A stretch of DNA of 52,333 nt, counting the filler, from Reticulomyxa filosa (Eukaryota; Protista; Foraminifera), in NCBI GenBank assembly GCA_000512085.1. It is 13 parts of 13 records of this genome, joined end to end, with 100 filler letters (N's around TTAATTAATTAA, not from the genome) between each part and the next. Parts side by side here need not be neighbours in the genome. Positions count along the whole stretch, not along the records: positions 26,846 to 31,511 come from ASPP01009898.1; positions 31,612 to 34,412 come from ASPP01023520.1; positions 34,513 to 36,041 come from ASPP01027139.1; positions 36,142 to 39,004 come from ASPP01016177.1; positions 39,105 to 42,186 come from ASPP01006577.1; 8 more parts are not named here. One strand, written 5' to 3'. Below are positions 26,940 through 40,114 of this stretch, piece by piece. A program made the position numbers and the translations under genes. The notes under the pieces were generated by a model that saw nothing but the letters and a program-made list of their open reading frames with translations, was not told the DNA's origin and did not search any database. Positions within the stretch are counted from its first letter, which is position 1; every line of letters begins with the position of its first letter.

Positions 26940-28753
26940 CAGAGTTGGTGGTGAAAAGAGAAAATGAAAGATGTTTAACTCTGATATACGTAAACGAAAT
27001 GGAAACAGAAGAACACAACAAATGAATAACACTGACAAAATACAGATACAGAGTCGTGATAGAAACGATGCGTCGGCGACCAGCGAGACATCAGATTGCT
27101 CCGGTTTTGAATTGGAAGATGCAGAAGTATCACAAATGCCGAGATTGTTCGGATCGAATGGGTCGACGCTTTCTCACGCCACTTCGCTTCAATTAGATTT
27201 GGTAATTCGATATTTGAATATTTGCATTGCTTGCAATGGATCGGCCGTTTCAAGGTCGTTGCCAAAACAAAAAGATTTATTCCAGTGGGTTGAAGATAAG
27301 ATTGAGGTTGGTTTTTTTTTTTTTTTTTTTTTTATCTGTCCTCAATTTCCATGCCAAAATATGACAAATTGATTTATGTATGTATATAAATATATGCATG
27401 TATATGCCATTGGTGTCATTGTTGACTCTCGGATTCGTAGCAGAGCGTAACTAAAACAGAAATAGTTAATATTTGTAGTATATTAATTGAGGAAATGTTT
27501 CTATTTTTTTTTTTTAAACTTGTGGTTTCTTGACATGTCAATGTTTCCTTTGTTGATTTGCTTAGAAAAAAGCACGGAATTTATTAATTGATTGGTCCGT
27601 TTTGAAAGCGAGAAACAGCAATCACATAAACACCAAATTTTGTTCTTTAAACCATGTCCGAGAATACTTGAAAAAGTGCCGCAAATCATTTGTCGATCAA
27701 ACGACGTCCAAATTAAATGTAAGCAATGGCAATAATAGTAGTCGTTGCAAAGCTAAATTCAATAAAAGAAACAATCGCAGAAATATGGAAGCACCTCTTG
27801 AAAATCACAATAACAGTAACAATAACAATAGCAGTAACAATAGCAGTAACAATAACAGTAACAGTAACATACCAAAAGAAATACGAAAGGAAAGCGGAGA
27901 TGTTGACGATGAAACTATTCTGCCACCTACTACACCGATGGGCCAAATGTTGTTTGACTCGGAGAATCCAACCCACAATATTGGCAGCTCAACTGAAATA
28001 ATAACAAATGACACCATGACTCCACATGATTTACCTACTCCAAACTCAAGTTCGGAAAGACAACTTGAAATGGATCAACCGGATACAACAGATAGCGGAG
28101 ATACTGTAAACAGTCCTTTGGAGACATATGAAAAGGAAACAGTTGCAACTGCCTCAAGCCAGCAATATGAAGGAAATGTTGTGGAATTGAAAGATGACGT
28201 TTCCGATACAGAAAACTGGAGTGAGGAAAAACGTTTGCTGGCAAAAGACGATGGCGACGAAAAAGAAAAAGACAACGAAGCAAACAGGAGAGAGAAAGAA
28301 AAAGAAAATAGTCTAAATGGAAATGGAGATAACAACAACTTGCAGGAATTAACCTGGGCACCCACTCCTTTGGTAATGTGCACGAGTATACCATCAACAT
28401 TAGCACCAACTATTTCAGCAGATTCTGATTTTACTATTGACAACCTTAAAATTCTTTCTGATTGCTATGATATTGATCCAAAGGACTCCAACGAAACTCA
28501 ACTAAACAACAAGATACTGGTCCCTGTCAAAGCTGCAAATAGCTTCAGTGGCTGTGAGGAGAAACATAGACTATCGTACGAAATAAAAATACACCAAAAT
28601 GCAGAAGATATAAACTTTTTGGAGTGTAGCTCAAACAAAAGTAACACTAGTGAAAACACCAAAGAAATATCCGAGTTTATGATACAATGCCCATCTGAAA
28701 AAATGGCTTTGCTTTCGTCCTTACCATTGGGTGTAAACTATGTAAACAACTAA
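26940..28753 (+). CDS. Hypothetical protein, 3' exons (Asn/Ser/Glu-rich)
   Basis: Exon ending DLFQWVEDKIE before a GTTGG/poly-T intron; last exon open from ~27566 (KARNLLIDW...) to TAA 28753. No recognisable domain. Confidence 0.5.
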
Positions 28754-29963
28754 TTTAAAACAATAAAACAAAAAAAGTAGACATGGGTGGAGACTGGAGC
28801 TAAATGCTTTCTTTTGTTTGTTTCCTAATATGAAATTTGTTGTCTGGTTTTCGATGTCGAATGTGCTAAATTTTGTATGCTTACATTTGTAGTGAGCGAT
28901 TTACTCGTGTTTGTTCTTTTATTTTTGTGTTGTTTTTTTTCTTGTTGCTCCTTCGGTTGATGGTAACATCTCAAAATTTTGGCACGACTTGTGTGCAAAA
29001 ATTGCAACGTTAAGCGCAAATCTGGAGTGTTACTTTTGCCTTTTTTCAATCTACCCACAAAGGAAGAATGCATAGCTTCCTTGCTAGACACAATCAATTG
29101 TAAATGTAGGCTTTTTCTCACAGTCAATTTATTTTATTCCCCTACCGATTGTGAGAATACATTTTCAAAAGTGAAATGTTTTCATTGTTGGTCAGTTGGA
29201 TAAAAATTTTTTCCCTCCAAACGAACCAAAAATATCAAACGATGAAATATACTGTTTCTATTCCTTGCTTTTTTCAAAAGAGGCTTGGCAAATCTCTCGT
29301 TTGCTTTTTTAGTGCTGCGCGTGCATTCAAATTGATATTTCTTTGCACTTCAACTGAATATAGCCTCACACGATTAAGTAAAAATGGACCATAAGTCGTC
29401 GAATATTAATCTTGGAGAATACGTTAAACCAACAAGGGGCTCTATTAATTGCTACATGTGCTATTACCATTGTCAATCCAAATGATTTAAAAAAATGGAA
29501 AAAGTCAAAGTAAAAATATTGTTTTCATTCATTCTAACGAAAAATTGAAAGTATGTAAGAAGCAAATAAGAAAAATGCGCAAACAATCGCCATTATCAAC
29601 TAATCAATGCAATAATAAAGGAGTCGCAATGTCATCGTTTGTGTTTTTCTACTGTTCGTCTTCTTCATAATTAGTTACTAAGTTTTTTTTATATAAAACG
29701 ATTGAAGTTTTGGAGCAGTAAAAATACATTTCACTTTCATGATTGAAATTTAGTTATTACGACAGTTTATTAGTAATTGAAAAAAAAAGCAGTCGATTAT
29801 ACCACATTAGAACAAAGTACGTTCAGTCTAAAAAAAAAGAAAAAATCTTGACACAAATAACTTTCAAGCAAAAAAATAGTGATGTGTGACAAGAGAAAGA
29901 AGAAGAGAGTGTAGGGGAGAAAAAAAAACAAAAAAAAAAAGGGGGTAGCCTCGTTGAGGCTTG

Positions 29964-30492
29964 CTATGTACTTGAGGGAGTGGGAGTAATTGTAGGCAAT
30001 GCAGGTATAAGATTGTCTTTTCGAGTTATTTTCTCATCAAAAGCGACCGCAATGTCATCATCACTGATAACAAGTACACTTGCATTTGCAACGCCAGTGT
30101 GGTGATATCGTTGGCGTGTTTCTTCTTCTTTGCTATCTTCTTCGTCCATATCGGCCCATCCTTGCACTTCAGTATCCCTCTCCCCGCCTCCATCATCACC
30201 GTCTTCTCCCCCTGTTCCTCTTCCTCTTCTTCCTCCTTTACTGTCTTCGTTTCGATCCAAGACAATTAATCCGCTGCTGTCAATATCATCCGGCGTAATG
30301 ACCCGGCCCAAATCGGGACGAGTGTCAATATGCAAATGCAATTCTCTGTGTCCACTATTTTCCTCTTTCTTTTCGCTTTTTTCATTTTCAAAAACAAGTC
30401 GTGTTTTGGAAGCAAAGTTATCTTTGTTAGTACGATTGTCGTCGTCATCATCATCTTCGTCGTTGCCATCGCCGTTGTTATTGATATTATTA

Positions 30493-30535
<43 letters not shown>

Positions 30536-31424
30536 TGTCACTGTGATGATTATTGATAATGGTGTGAGTGTTTTCATTCGCATTGTCATTGTTGTTACTA
30601 GTGTTGCTATGGTCGGTGGCTAAGTCCGAAGCGGGAATCGCAAAAGATACCATACGCGTGGGACCGCCACGAGAATTGGACTTGCTTGGAACTGTAATCG
30701 TCGAGCCTTCATTTCTGTTCACGTTCTGAATGGTGTTGTATTGCAAAGCATTATCGCTGCTCTGTTGCTGCTCCAAAAACGCCGAAAGCACTGCGACAAT
30801 GTCCTTTCGATCCAATTTGATCGCAATGTCCAATGGCGTTTGGCCGTCACAATCCTCCACATCCGCTACTATTTCGTAAGAAAGCAGCTGTTCCAACATC
30901 GACACGTTTGAATATCTGGCCGCGTAATGCAGAGGACCGCGCTGGTTGTAGTCCAACAAATTCACATCCGCTTCCGCCTTCAGCAACAGTTTTATCATCT
31001 TTTCACGATTGAACTCGATTGCATCGTGCAAAGGGGACCTACCTCTCTTTTTTTTTTAAAAACAAACAAACAAACAAAAATAAATAAAATAAATAAATAA
31101 ATATGCACTCAAATACGTACTGTACACATATACATATATATGTATATATAATATAATATGCATATACGTATACGTATACGTACGTGCATGCACAAAGATC
31201 CTCTTTTTTTTCCTCTCCCATCCCTTTGCTATTTAATGGGGAGAAAAAAAAAAAAAAAACCACACACACACACAGAACAAGAGTGGAACAAACCTTGTCT
31301 TGCGCATCCACAAATGCACCAGCGACGATCAAGGCTAAAGCAGATTGCAGCTTACCCTTTTGCGCTGCGTAATGCAATGGCGTTCCAAGACTTCGATCGG
31401 CGGTGTTTGGATTCGCTCCAAACT
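29964..31424 (-). CDS. Ankyrin-repeat protein (5' truncated); exons 31424-31294 and 31046-29964
   Basis: GTPLHYAAQKG, DAQDK|RGRSPLHDAI, RGPLHYAARYS, DGQTPLDIA; poly-Asn and acidic tail. Confidence 0.88.
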
Positions 31425-31471
31425 CTGCAATGAATACAATTAACATAAATATAAAAATAAATACATGATAT

Positions 31472-31511
<40 letters not shown>

Positions 31512-31724
31512 NNNNNNNNNNNNNNNNNNNNNNNNNNNNNNNNNNNNNNNNNNNNTTAATTAATTAANNNNNNNNNNNNNNNNNNNNNNNNNNNNNNNNN
31601 NNNNNNNNNNNAATTTTTTATTTGCATTGAAAAGCGAAGAGGGAAAAAAAAAGAAGTTATTTTTAAATTGAAAGTATTGTATTAAAATATTGAAAAAAAA
31701 TGATTTTAAAAAAATAATATCTTT

Positions 31725-32554
31725 TCAATCATGTAATCTTTTTTTGGTTTGAGTGGAAGTGAGAGCTCCACTGGTTCTAAAGCGAACAACGATATCACAA
31801 TAGATAATTTTTTGATGTTTAAGAGTGGAGTTATGTGCAAGAGCATTGGAATACAAATCACTAGTGCTATGTGAAGTATTAGCATCGCTATTTTTTAAAG
31901 TGCCATTTGTATGAGAAGTGTGATTTTCAGCGAGCGTATTCAAATCTCCCATGGAAAAAAATGTCTTGTTTTGATCTGAAAGTTCATTATCCATGGCTGG
32001 TCGATAGCAACGAAGGATCATTGTGTCATGCTTCAATTGCATAAATTCTGCAATGAGGGATGCAATTTCCCACCCCATGTCATCATAGATACGTTTTGTT
32101 GTTTGGTGAATCATTTCACTCAATTGAAAGTGTTTCTTCTCGGCTCCAAAATAGATACGGATTTCACGCGCATTTGTTTGCGGAGACAGTCTTGGCTTTG
32201 CCTATCATTGACATATATGTATGTACACATACATATGTATGTAACGTATACGGCTTGAAAAGATCTAATAGAAAGATAGAGCTACGAAACATGAATAATT
32301 GTGCCCAATTGAATTACCAAATCTCCTGCATCAAAATGTGTTGGGTTATATAACACGGATTGATTTAGTAACACTTCAAGACGGATCTCGCTCCTGTGAA
32401 GCAAACCATCATAGCCAAAAATAAACTTATTCCCATTTTTCAATTCTATTGTAAATGTACTGTCGAAGTAACTCCCATAAGCACTTGTGATTTCGTGTCC
32501 AACCATTTTCGACAATACCTGTGGAATCTCTTTATCCCAATTGATTGAGTACAT
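31725..32554 (-). CDS. Two-exon hypothetical protein
   Basis: ATG 32554 ORF (MYSINWDKEIP...) followed, after a TA/CA-rich intron, by a frame AKPRLSPQTNAREIRIYFG... continuous with ORF 31725-32123. Confidence 0.45.
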
Positions 32555-33948
32555 TTTTTTATACTAGCCAGATATATATTGTTATTAGTATTTTTTTAAG
32601 CTGCTTATACAAATTTATTTGCGCAGATTTATTTGCTTGGTTTGGGCTGAATCTAAAGCAATATTCCCCCAGCTCAGTGCTCTTTAAATAATTTTATTCA
32701 TAGAGGGTAAGTGTCTCTATTATAAAATCCTGAAATTTTGTTTTTGCATTATTTACAAATCATTCTATTGAATGAGTAATTTTGAAGAATGTGATAAAAG
32801 AAGGCTTAGCCTATTCGAAATTTTCTATTTGGCATTGTGTACGGATAATCAATAAAATAAAACTGGTTTGATAAATTTGTACCGTATTCAGTAAGATGGT
32901 TCTTTCTTACTTTTTCCAAAAGTGTAACCCGTTTAGGAGGAAAGCAACTATGAACTTTTTTGTGGCTAAGCACTGTGTGTTTTTTAAAATTAAAACAACT
33001 TAATTTAAGTGAAATTTTTAACAAATAGAACAAATGAAGCAAAATCGATTCGTATTATATGACCAAAAAATTGAATTTAGTGATGTCGTCAAAAAAGGGC
33101 TAGTCCCATTTTTTTTTTTTTTTTATTAGTCATCATCGTGTTAGTTTTACAATTTCATGTAGTTATGTCAAAGGATTAATGCTTTGGATATTGACAAAGC
33201 GTCATGCACTGGAATATTGAAAGTACAAGTATACAAAAAATATTTTACTTATTTTGAACGACACGTTACTTCGAAATAAAAAATAGTGTTTATAGTGATA
33301 TAATTATCACACAAAAAAGGCTAAATATTGTATAAGATATGTTTGTTAGAACAATTGTAGTGTTATTTCGTGCAATTGTTTTTTTTTTTATTGAAATTGT
33401 TAACTTTTTTTTTGCAAAGAAAAAATAATCTGTCCAAAAACGCACAATTTTGAAGTTTAAAATTTTTTATATCATTAAACAGATATTGAGCAAGCACGAT
33501 CACCACGACATTACAATCAAAAGGAAAATTGTAAAGACAATTGAAGCTGCTTTCAAATCACAAATTGTAAAGTTGCCAATATGTTTAAACTGCATTTAGT
33601 GCACACAAGTTCTGAAGATATAATGAACAAATATAAAACAAATAATTTTCTTTCTTTTTTTCGTTTGAATAAAAAAATCTATTTAATATTCTTAAAAGAA
33701 GATTGTTGATAAAAATTAATTAAGTACAATCGTATCAAAATTAAGTCACAATATTCAGGTTTGCTACATTTTAAAACCAAAAGAAAAATAGCATGGTATT
33801 GCACAGAATATTTAAGAATAAGTTGTAATATATTTTAAGCGAAATAAAACTGAGTTATCGTCCGTACAAAAAGTCATTCAATTCAGTATTTTTACTTTTC
33901 GACAGTTGCCTTTTTTTGTTGTCGTTTCAAAACACAAAAGCGTGAAGG

Positions 33949-34333
33949 ATGTCGATGCAAGAAGACGATTCTGCAACATTGGGACGTATTGACGCAACAG
34001 AGGAGAATATTCGTGTGATATGCCGTTTTCGTCCGGTGAATAATAAAGAGAAACAAGAAGAAAAGCAGCAACAATTAGAGGAGTCCCCAATAACAACAAA
34101 CCCTCCAAACTACAATCATGTGTCAGTGCCACGAGGGCGAGATGGGAAGCCCCCGCTAGAGTTTGACTTGGACGAAGTGTTATGGACAGATTGCACTCAA
34201 ACGAAAGCCTTTGAGGACATAGCAAAGCCACTGGTAGACCAAGTGATCCAAGGATACAACTGCACATTATTTGCCTTTGGTCAAACAGGAAGTGGAAAAA
34301 CGTATACTATGTTTGGGCCCGATACGTATCGAG
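33949..34333 (+). CDS. Kinesin motor domain, first exon (3' truncated)
   Basis: EENIRVICRFRP, FDLDEV, QGYNCTLFAFGQTGSGKTYTM (P-loop); donor GTAAAA at 34334. Confidence 0.93.
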
Positions 34334-34512
34334 GTAAAAAAAAAAACAAACAAAAAACAATGTACCCCCTCCTTGGCCTCACTAAAAAAAAAAACAACAA
34401 AAAAAAAAAAAANNNNNNNNNNNNNNNNNNNNNNNNNNNNNNNNNNNNNNNNNNNNTTAATTAATTAANNNNNNNNNNNNNNNNNNNNNNNNNNNNNNNN
34501 NNNNNNNNNNNN

Positions 34513-35016
34513 TTGTTATTGTTATTGTTATTGTTATTGTTATTGTTATTGTTATGATGATGGTGATGTTTTTTTTCGTGGCTTCGCGAGGTCGACGTTA
34601 CTACTGTGTGTAATAGCACTTGTTCCCACACCGTTAATGATTCTCGTAGTCCATTGGTACGTGAATCTTCAAACAATAGCTTTTTTTTTTTTTTTATTAT
34701 TATTATGTGAAAACAAAATATATGCAAGTAGTTAATAGTTAAGCACAGTTGCATATAAATATGTATTGTGTTGTAAACCTGTCCAAATGAGGCCGCACTT
34801 GCAACAAAGACGATGACATCATTGTGCTGTGATAATACATAGTCCCATTTTTTGCGTTCGTTCCGGTGTCCGCCAACATCAGCGATTTTGAAGACCATGT
34901 CACAGCAATGTGAGTGACCATCGTGTTGAATGAAATTAGGACGAATGATTTGTGTCATTGGTTCGGTCGATTCAACAATAGCCTCTTCTTCTTCTTCTTC
35001 TTCTTCGTTTTCATCA

Positions 35017-35047
<31 letters not shown>

Positions 35048-36013
35048 CTGCTTCTTCTTCTTCTTGCTCGTCTTCTCCTATTGCTACTGCACTTCTCTCT
35101 TCTTCTGCTTCTTCTTCATATCCCAATATCCTCGTACTAGAAGAGTGCTCATGACACTGCAGTTGCGAGTCATGCTTGCTCTTGTGACGCGTAGCCTTGT
35201 GTTCGCGCTCGACAATCTTGTCCATGAACTGGAGCAGGGGTCGCGCTTGCTTGCTTTTGGCCTGGACAGGCTCGGATTGGCTGCGAGCCAAGACGTTGGT
35301 GAGTTCTGCCAACTGATGGCAGTCGGTATCGCAAGAAGGCGAGGGCGAAGGTGCAGGAGGGGACGGCAGAGGCGGCAGAGAGGTGAGAGGTAAGGGCGTT
35401 GGGGTGGACGACGAGGTCGGTACAGGGAGAGACAGTGGCGTGTGAATAAATAGCTTTTTCACATTGATATTCCATGAAATACTACTTCTGTTCTTTGTCG
35501 AGGCACCAGTGGTCCGTCGTTCCACTTTGGAGTGGATTTTGTTCCGTCGAGACTTCCAAATCGCTTTTTCCGTGAGTCTGCGTTTCAAAATCACCGGAGG
35601 TGATTTTTGCGTTGTCATCATCGCTGTTGTTGTTGCTACTGCTGCTGCTGCTGCTGTTGTCGTCGTCGTTGTTGTTGTTGTTGTTGTTAACATTTTTTGC
35701 AATTGTAACAGTGGGAGTCGTGGACAAATGATATGGTTCTCGAACATCAACCCTGTGCTGCGGACATGACAGTGTAACAAGTCACTGAAATGTGGTTCAA
35801 AGTTATCGCTTAGTATACGCACGCAATTGTTCAGTAAGTACAGTCCGTTGTCGCGCCCATATTTCAACGGTTCCGATTGCCATTGTTGTTTCAGCCCTTC
35901 CAGTGTTATCTTCTTTTTGCCGCTACTTGAGTTGTCGTTCTTCCCATTTGCATTTGCTACGCTTGCGTCCGTACTTAAAGAGCCATGCTGTCCATTTCTA
36001 TTATCATTTACCA
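34513..36013 (-). CDS. Heterotrimeric G-protein alpha subunit, atypical, internal fragment; intron 34778-34680
   Basis: LYLLNNCVRILSDNFEPHFSDLLHCHVRSTGL (switch I region), FKIADVGGHRNERKKW (G3/switch II), VIVFVASAASFGQ|LLFEDSRTNGLRESL after removing a 99-nt intron. Confidence 0.88.
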
Positions 36014-36211
36014 CTTTTTTTTTTTTTTTTTTTTTTTTCCCNNNNNNNNNNNNNNNNNNNNNNNNNNNNNNNNNNNNNNNNNNNNTTAATTAATTAANNN
36101 NNNNNNNNNNNNNNNNNNNNNNNNNNNNNNNNNNNNNNNNNCTTTTCACAATACAACACAACAAAAAAAAAAAAAAAAAAGGACAAATGCTGATGACAAA
36201 AAAAAAAAAAG

Positions 36212-37172
36212 CATCCGAATTAAGTTATGAGAATATCAACGCTTTCTTTGCTGGACATCATCATGGGATACCCCCGCCTTGTCAGAAAACACTGCACAAT
36301 TACAACTTTTGGAACGTTGATAAGTGTAAGAATGGTACATGCAAAAGGAATAAACGACAAGAGCAACAACAACGACAAAACACTCGTAATGGTGGTGATG
36401 GTGAAAGTACTGGTGGTAGTAATGGTAGTAGTAATGGTGATGGCAGTGGTGAGGAAGAAAAAATAGAAAAAATAGAGAAAATAGAAAAACACAACGTCAA
36501 TACAAACAAAGTGAGTGCGTGTGAGGAGTACGACCCAACCATTTGTTTGAAGTCATTTTTCATTGATGGTATTTATCGCTTTTTTAAAGGGGTTTTATTT
36601 TACAGCAAATTCTTTGGACTCATCATTGCTGTGCAAGTGACCTGGTTGTTGATCAATCCGTCCAAGAAAAACAAAGACAAAATATTGCTCGCATCGTCTT
36701 GCAAATGATTCAAAAGAACAGCAAACAGGTGGTCGGTGCCACCATGTTTTTAATGATCGCTTTTCATTGCCAAGAACGACACCCATGTGCATATCGATGG
36801 CTTTTACATATGTACCATCGAGTGCTTCGAAAGGACTTTTATACCCCTATCGCCTACGGCAGCACTCGTTTTATTCTATCTGCGCTTGCTATCCCTCTTG
36901 GGTTTTTGGCCATCAGGTGTGACCCTTCTCCTCCCAGACGTACTGATGTTGGCATCTTTTCTTTTTCCAAAGCCGTTGAAATTTGGATTTTGACTCAATG
37001 CCAAGTCCAAATGCACGATAATGCTCAATATCATCCACTTCTTGGTGACCCTGCTTTTAGTGCTTCTTTGCTCGCCTTTGCCTTCGCCATTGGAACATAT
37101 TTGTTTCATGCCGAACCGAAAACGTTAAAGTCTCTCGAGAGAAAAGTTTTTTCTTCTTTGTTTTCATCTTGA
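36212..37172 (+). CDS. TMEM135-like membrane protein, C-terminal part; 1-nt frameshift at 36697-98
   Basis: PPPCQKTLH, RRTDVGIFSFSKAVE (cf. RR.ELALY...ALE) and AIGTYLFHAEPKTLKS (cf. IMY.Y..EP..L) match the TMEM135 family pattern as I recall it. Confidence 0.6.
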
Positions 37173-37834
37173 TTTATCATAGAATTGCCTTTTCCTCTTT
37201 TTTTTTCTTTGCCCTTTTTATAATAAAATGGAAGGCATTTTAATTTCGGCAACTGTAGTGTTGACCTTGTACAAATTAATTTATGAAAAATACAACTTAA
37301 CGGCACATGCGCCTCGTCACTGCACGAGGTCTACTGGCTCACAAGACGGCTGTGTATATTTTCATTATTTCTTTTTTAAATTTTTAAATATTTGCATAAT
37401 CTAAGTTTGCAATGTTCCTAAAACAGTCATAAAAACACAAACATGTATTGAAAAATACCGAACTTTTTTTGAGCAATTTAATTTGCATAAAGATCACGAG
37501 CTTCACACAAATAGATTTTTATGAGACAAGTAAAAAAATTGAAATTTAGGAGAGTGAAAGCAAAAAAACAAAGCATCCGGTCCTTGAATCTTGCCCTTTT
37601 TGTTCACACTTAACCGAAGAGTAACTTCACGTTTTATTTGATTTTTTGCATTGAATATCAATCACATGTTAGAAACGACATGTCATCAAATGCAAGTTAT
37701 TAATTATCATTTTCAAATGCTTTCCAACAAGAGCAAAGCAAGAGACACTCCAAAAAAAAGAATTCTCTTTTCAGTAAGAGTAAGGAACGACTGTTTTTGG
37801 CCGAGAAGTGTCAAAATAACTTTTAGAAAAAAAA

Positions 37835-38431
37835 TCACAAATATCGCAGTTTTGGATTTTCAAGCAAATATTCGCCGTCAATAGGAAAGACTGGCAAAAA
37901 CAGTTTATTTTTGGTAACGTCAGTAACAACACGATAGCAACCTAATTCTGGTTCGGTATTTGCATTATTAGTGTTGTGAGTAGGGTTAGGATGATCATTT
38001 TGGGTAGCCACAGGAGGAAGAGAAGAATTTGTAGGCGGAACAAAGCCGTTATCACCAATGCCATTGGTGTAAGTGCTTCTGGCCGCACGAATATCAACCA
38101 CGTTATTACTGTTTGGTTCGTAAATAATTGTTATTCCAACAGCTCGAACACGATCGGAACTCGGTGCTACGCCTTGCTTGATATCAAACTCCACTAGTGT
38201 ATTGATCACGATCTGGTCTTTTGGATATTCTGTTATGTGGAAAAATATGTCCTCTTCACCGATATTTCGCCTTATAAATCCATATCTTCGTTCAGGGAAC
38301 ACGTTGAAAATTGTTCCACGCTCTCTTGTTGATGTCGACGTCGTTGCGGTCGTTGGCGCTACTGACGTCGTTGACACTGTTGACGTCGTTGACGCCGTTG
38401 GCGTGGTGGTACTAGTGGTTGTCATATTCAT
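37835..38431 (-). CDS. Cold-shock-domain nucleic-acid-binding protein
   Basis: RERGTIFNVFPERRYGFIRR (RNP1), DIFFHITE (RNP2), VEFDI...RAVGI; Thr-rich N-terminus. An upstream exon is possible. Confidence 0.8.
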   Translation of the reverse strand: MNMTTTSTTTPTASTTSTVSTTSVAPTTATTSTSTRERGTIFNVFPERRYGFIRRNIGEEDIFFHITEYPKDQIVINTLVEFDIKQGVAPSSDRVRAVGITIIYEPNSNNVVDIRAARSTYTNGIGDNGFVPPTNSSLPPVATQNDHPNPTHNTNNANTEPELGCYRVVTDVTKNKLFLPVFPIDGEYLLENPKLRYL

Positions 38432-39104
38432 TGCATTGTTTATATTCAATTGGTCTTTGCTTCTTTCAATCAATCCAAAATGCTATCGTTGATATAAATT
38501 TTAATAATAAACTAAAAAAGAAGCAAAAGGGGAAAAGACCACCCTTTTTTTTGGTTGACTGGTACATACATTTAATTTTATCTCTTATGTGAAAAAATCA
38601 GATTAATTTTATCCTTGCTTCGTAGAAATAAACTTAAGTGCTAACATTTGCTTCTGTTGAATCATTGACTAACTTTTTTTGATACTTGTGATATTGTTTA
38701 GAATTCATCAATTTGCGTTTGGTTTAGTTTCATGATGCTGGTTCTCTTGTTTTAAGAATATCTTATGTCTTCATAAATGCGTTTGTTTATTTTTATTTGA
38801 GTGGTGATTAAAAAAGATTTAAAAAAATAATGAAATACAGTAAGATAAAAAAGAAAGTTGACACCTAAAATGCCAACTTATAGAGATGATCGTGTTTCTC
38901 AATGAAAAAACAATATTTAATCAAAATTTTTTTAAAAAATATCTACGAATCGTGTAGTTTTTAGATATCATTTTGGTTTTTTATTAAGTCTTTACAATTT
39001 TTTCNNNNNNNNNNNNNNNNNNNNNNNNNNNNNNNNNNNNNNNNNNNNTTAATTAATTAANNNNNNNNNNNNNNNNNNNNNNNNNNNNNNNNNNNNNNNN
39101 NNNN

Positions 39105-39144
<40 letters not shown>

Positions 39145-39239
39145 ACATACGTATACGTATACACTTATTTATATACATATATAATAAACTGTACGTATAC
39201 AACTTACACATAAATGGAAAGAAACAAACTGAAAGAGAC

Positions 39240-39425
39240 TCCAGTTTTATCGGATTTGGTTTTGAGCAAAGACTGAGGTTGACCGCTGTTGTAATAATGG
39301 GGATCGTGATGCAAAGAGTGGTCCCTCTCGTCAGTGCTGGATGCTTCCGAGTGGTCCTTTTCGGAAAGGGTTTGACTGTGGCTTTGTGTTTGTGGTCGCA
39401 TTGTCGGAAACAATGTGTTTGGTAA

Positions 39426-39458
<33 letters not shown>

Positions 39459-40114
39459 TTATTATTATTATTATTATTATTATTGGAAGTTTTGATATCG
39501 ATTGCATCGTCATCAAAACTAACCTGATGATGAGGATGAGTAGAGTGATAAGAAGATGATGGATTAGACTTATGCAATTGTTGTTGTTGTTGTTGGTGTT
39601 GATATTGATATTGATAATGAGACAGAGCTGTATGCTTATGAATGTGAATGCTGTCCATGGAGTTATTGTGGTGCATGGTCGTTGCGTGCACATCTCCTTG
39701 ATCCAATTGCGTCTGTCCACCCATTAATGGTTCTGGCTTCTTCTTATGCTCTTGCGATGCCAACGACGATCCTGACTCCTCCGAGGTCGACACGTCCACA
39801 GACCTCTCCTCGTCGTCACTATCCTCGTTCAGCTGCGCCAAATACGTGCTCGTAAAAAACCAGTGGTTCAATATCACTGTACTCACAAACGGGTCGTTCG
39901 AACGCACTGTTCGATTCCCATTCGATAGCGTCAGTGAGGGCACTGCCAAGGCTGGGTCAAAGTATACTGAGTTGAACTCCAATCCTATTATGCATACACA
40001 CGTTGTTTAGTTCCCAGAAACACCAAAATCTTTACGGAAATGAAGATTACCTGTCGTGCTGGGCTCAACAAGCAAAGATACACGACGCAGAGACTCGCGC
40101 TTAGCTTCATTCAT
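39240..40114 (-). CDS. SPRY/B30.2-like low-complexity protein, 5' part; exons 40114-40051 and 39984-~39240
   Basis: MNEAKRESLRRVSLLVEPSTT|GLEFNSVYFDP..LTLSNGNRTV (PRY/SPRY-like LxLSxxNRTV); intron 40050-39985 in frame; 1-nt shift in the AAT repeat at 39457-60. Confidence 0.5.

Noticed and set aside
29946-29962. Short hairpin AGCCTC-GTT-GAGGCT next to the ankyrin stop (similar one near 37312-37329)
   Set aside because: Six-bp stems are expected by chance; no terminator or SECIS context.
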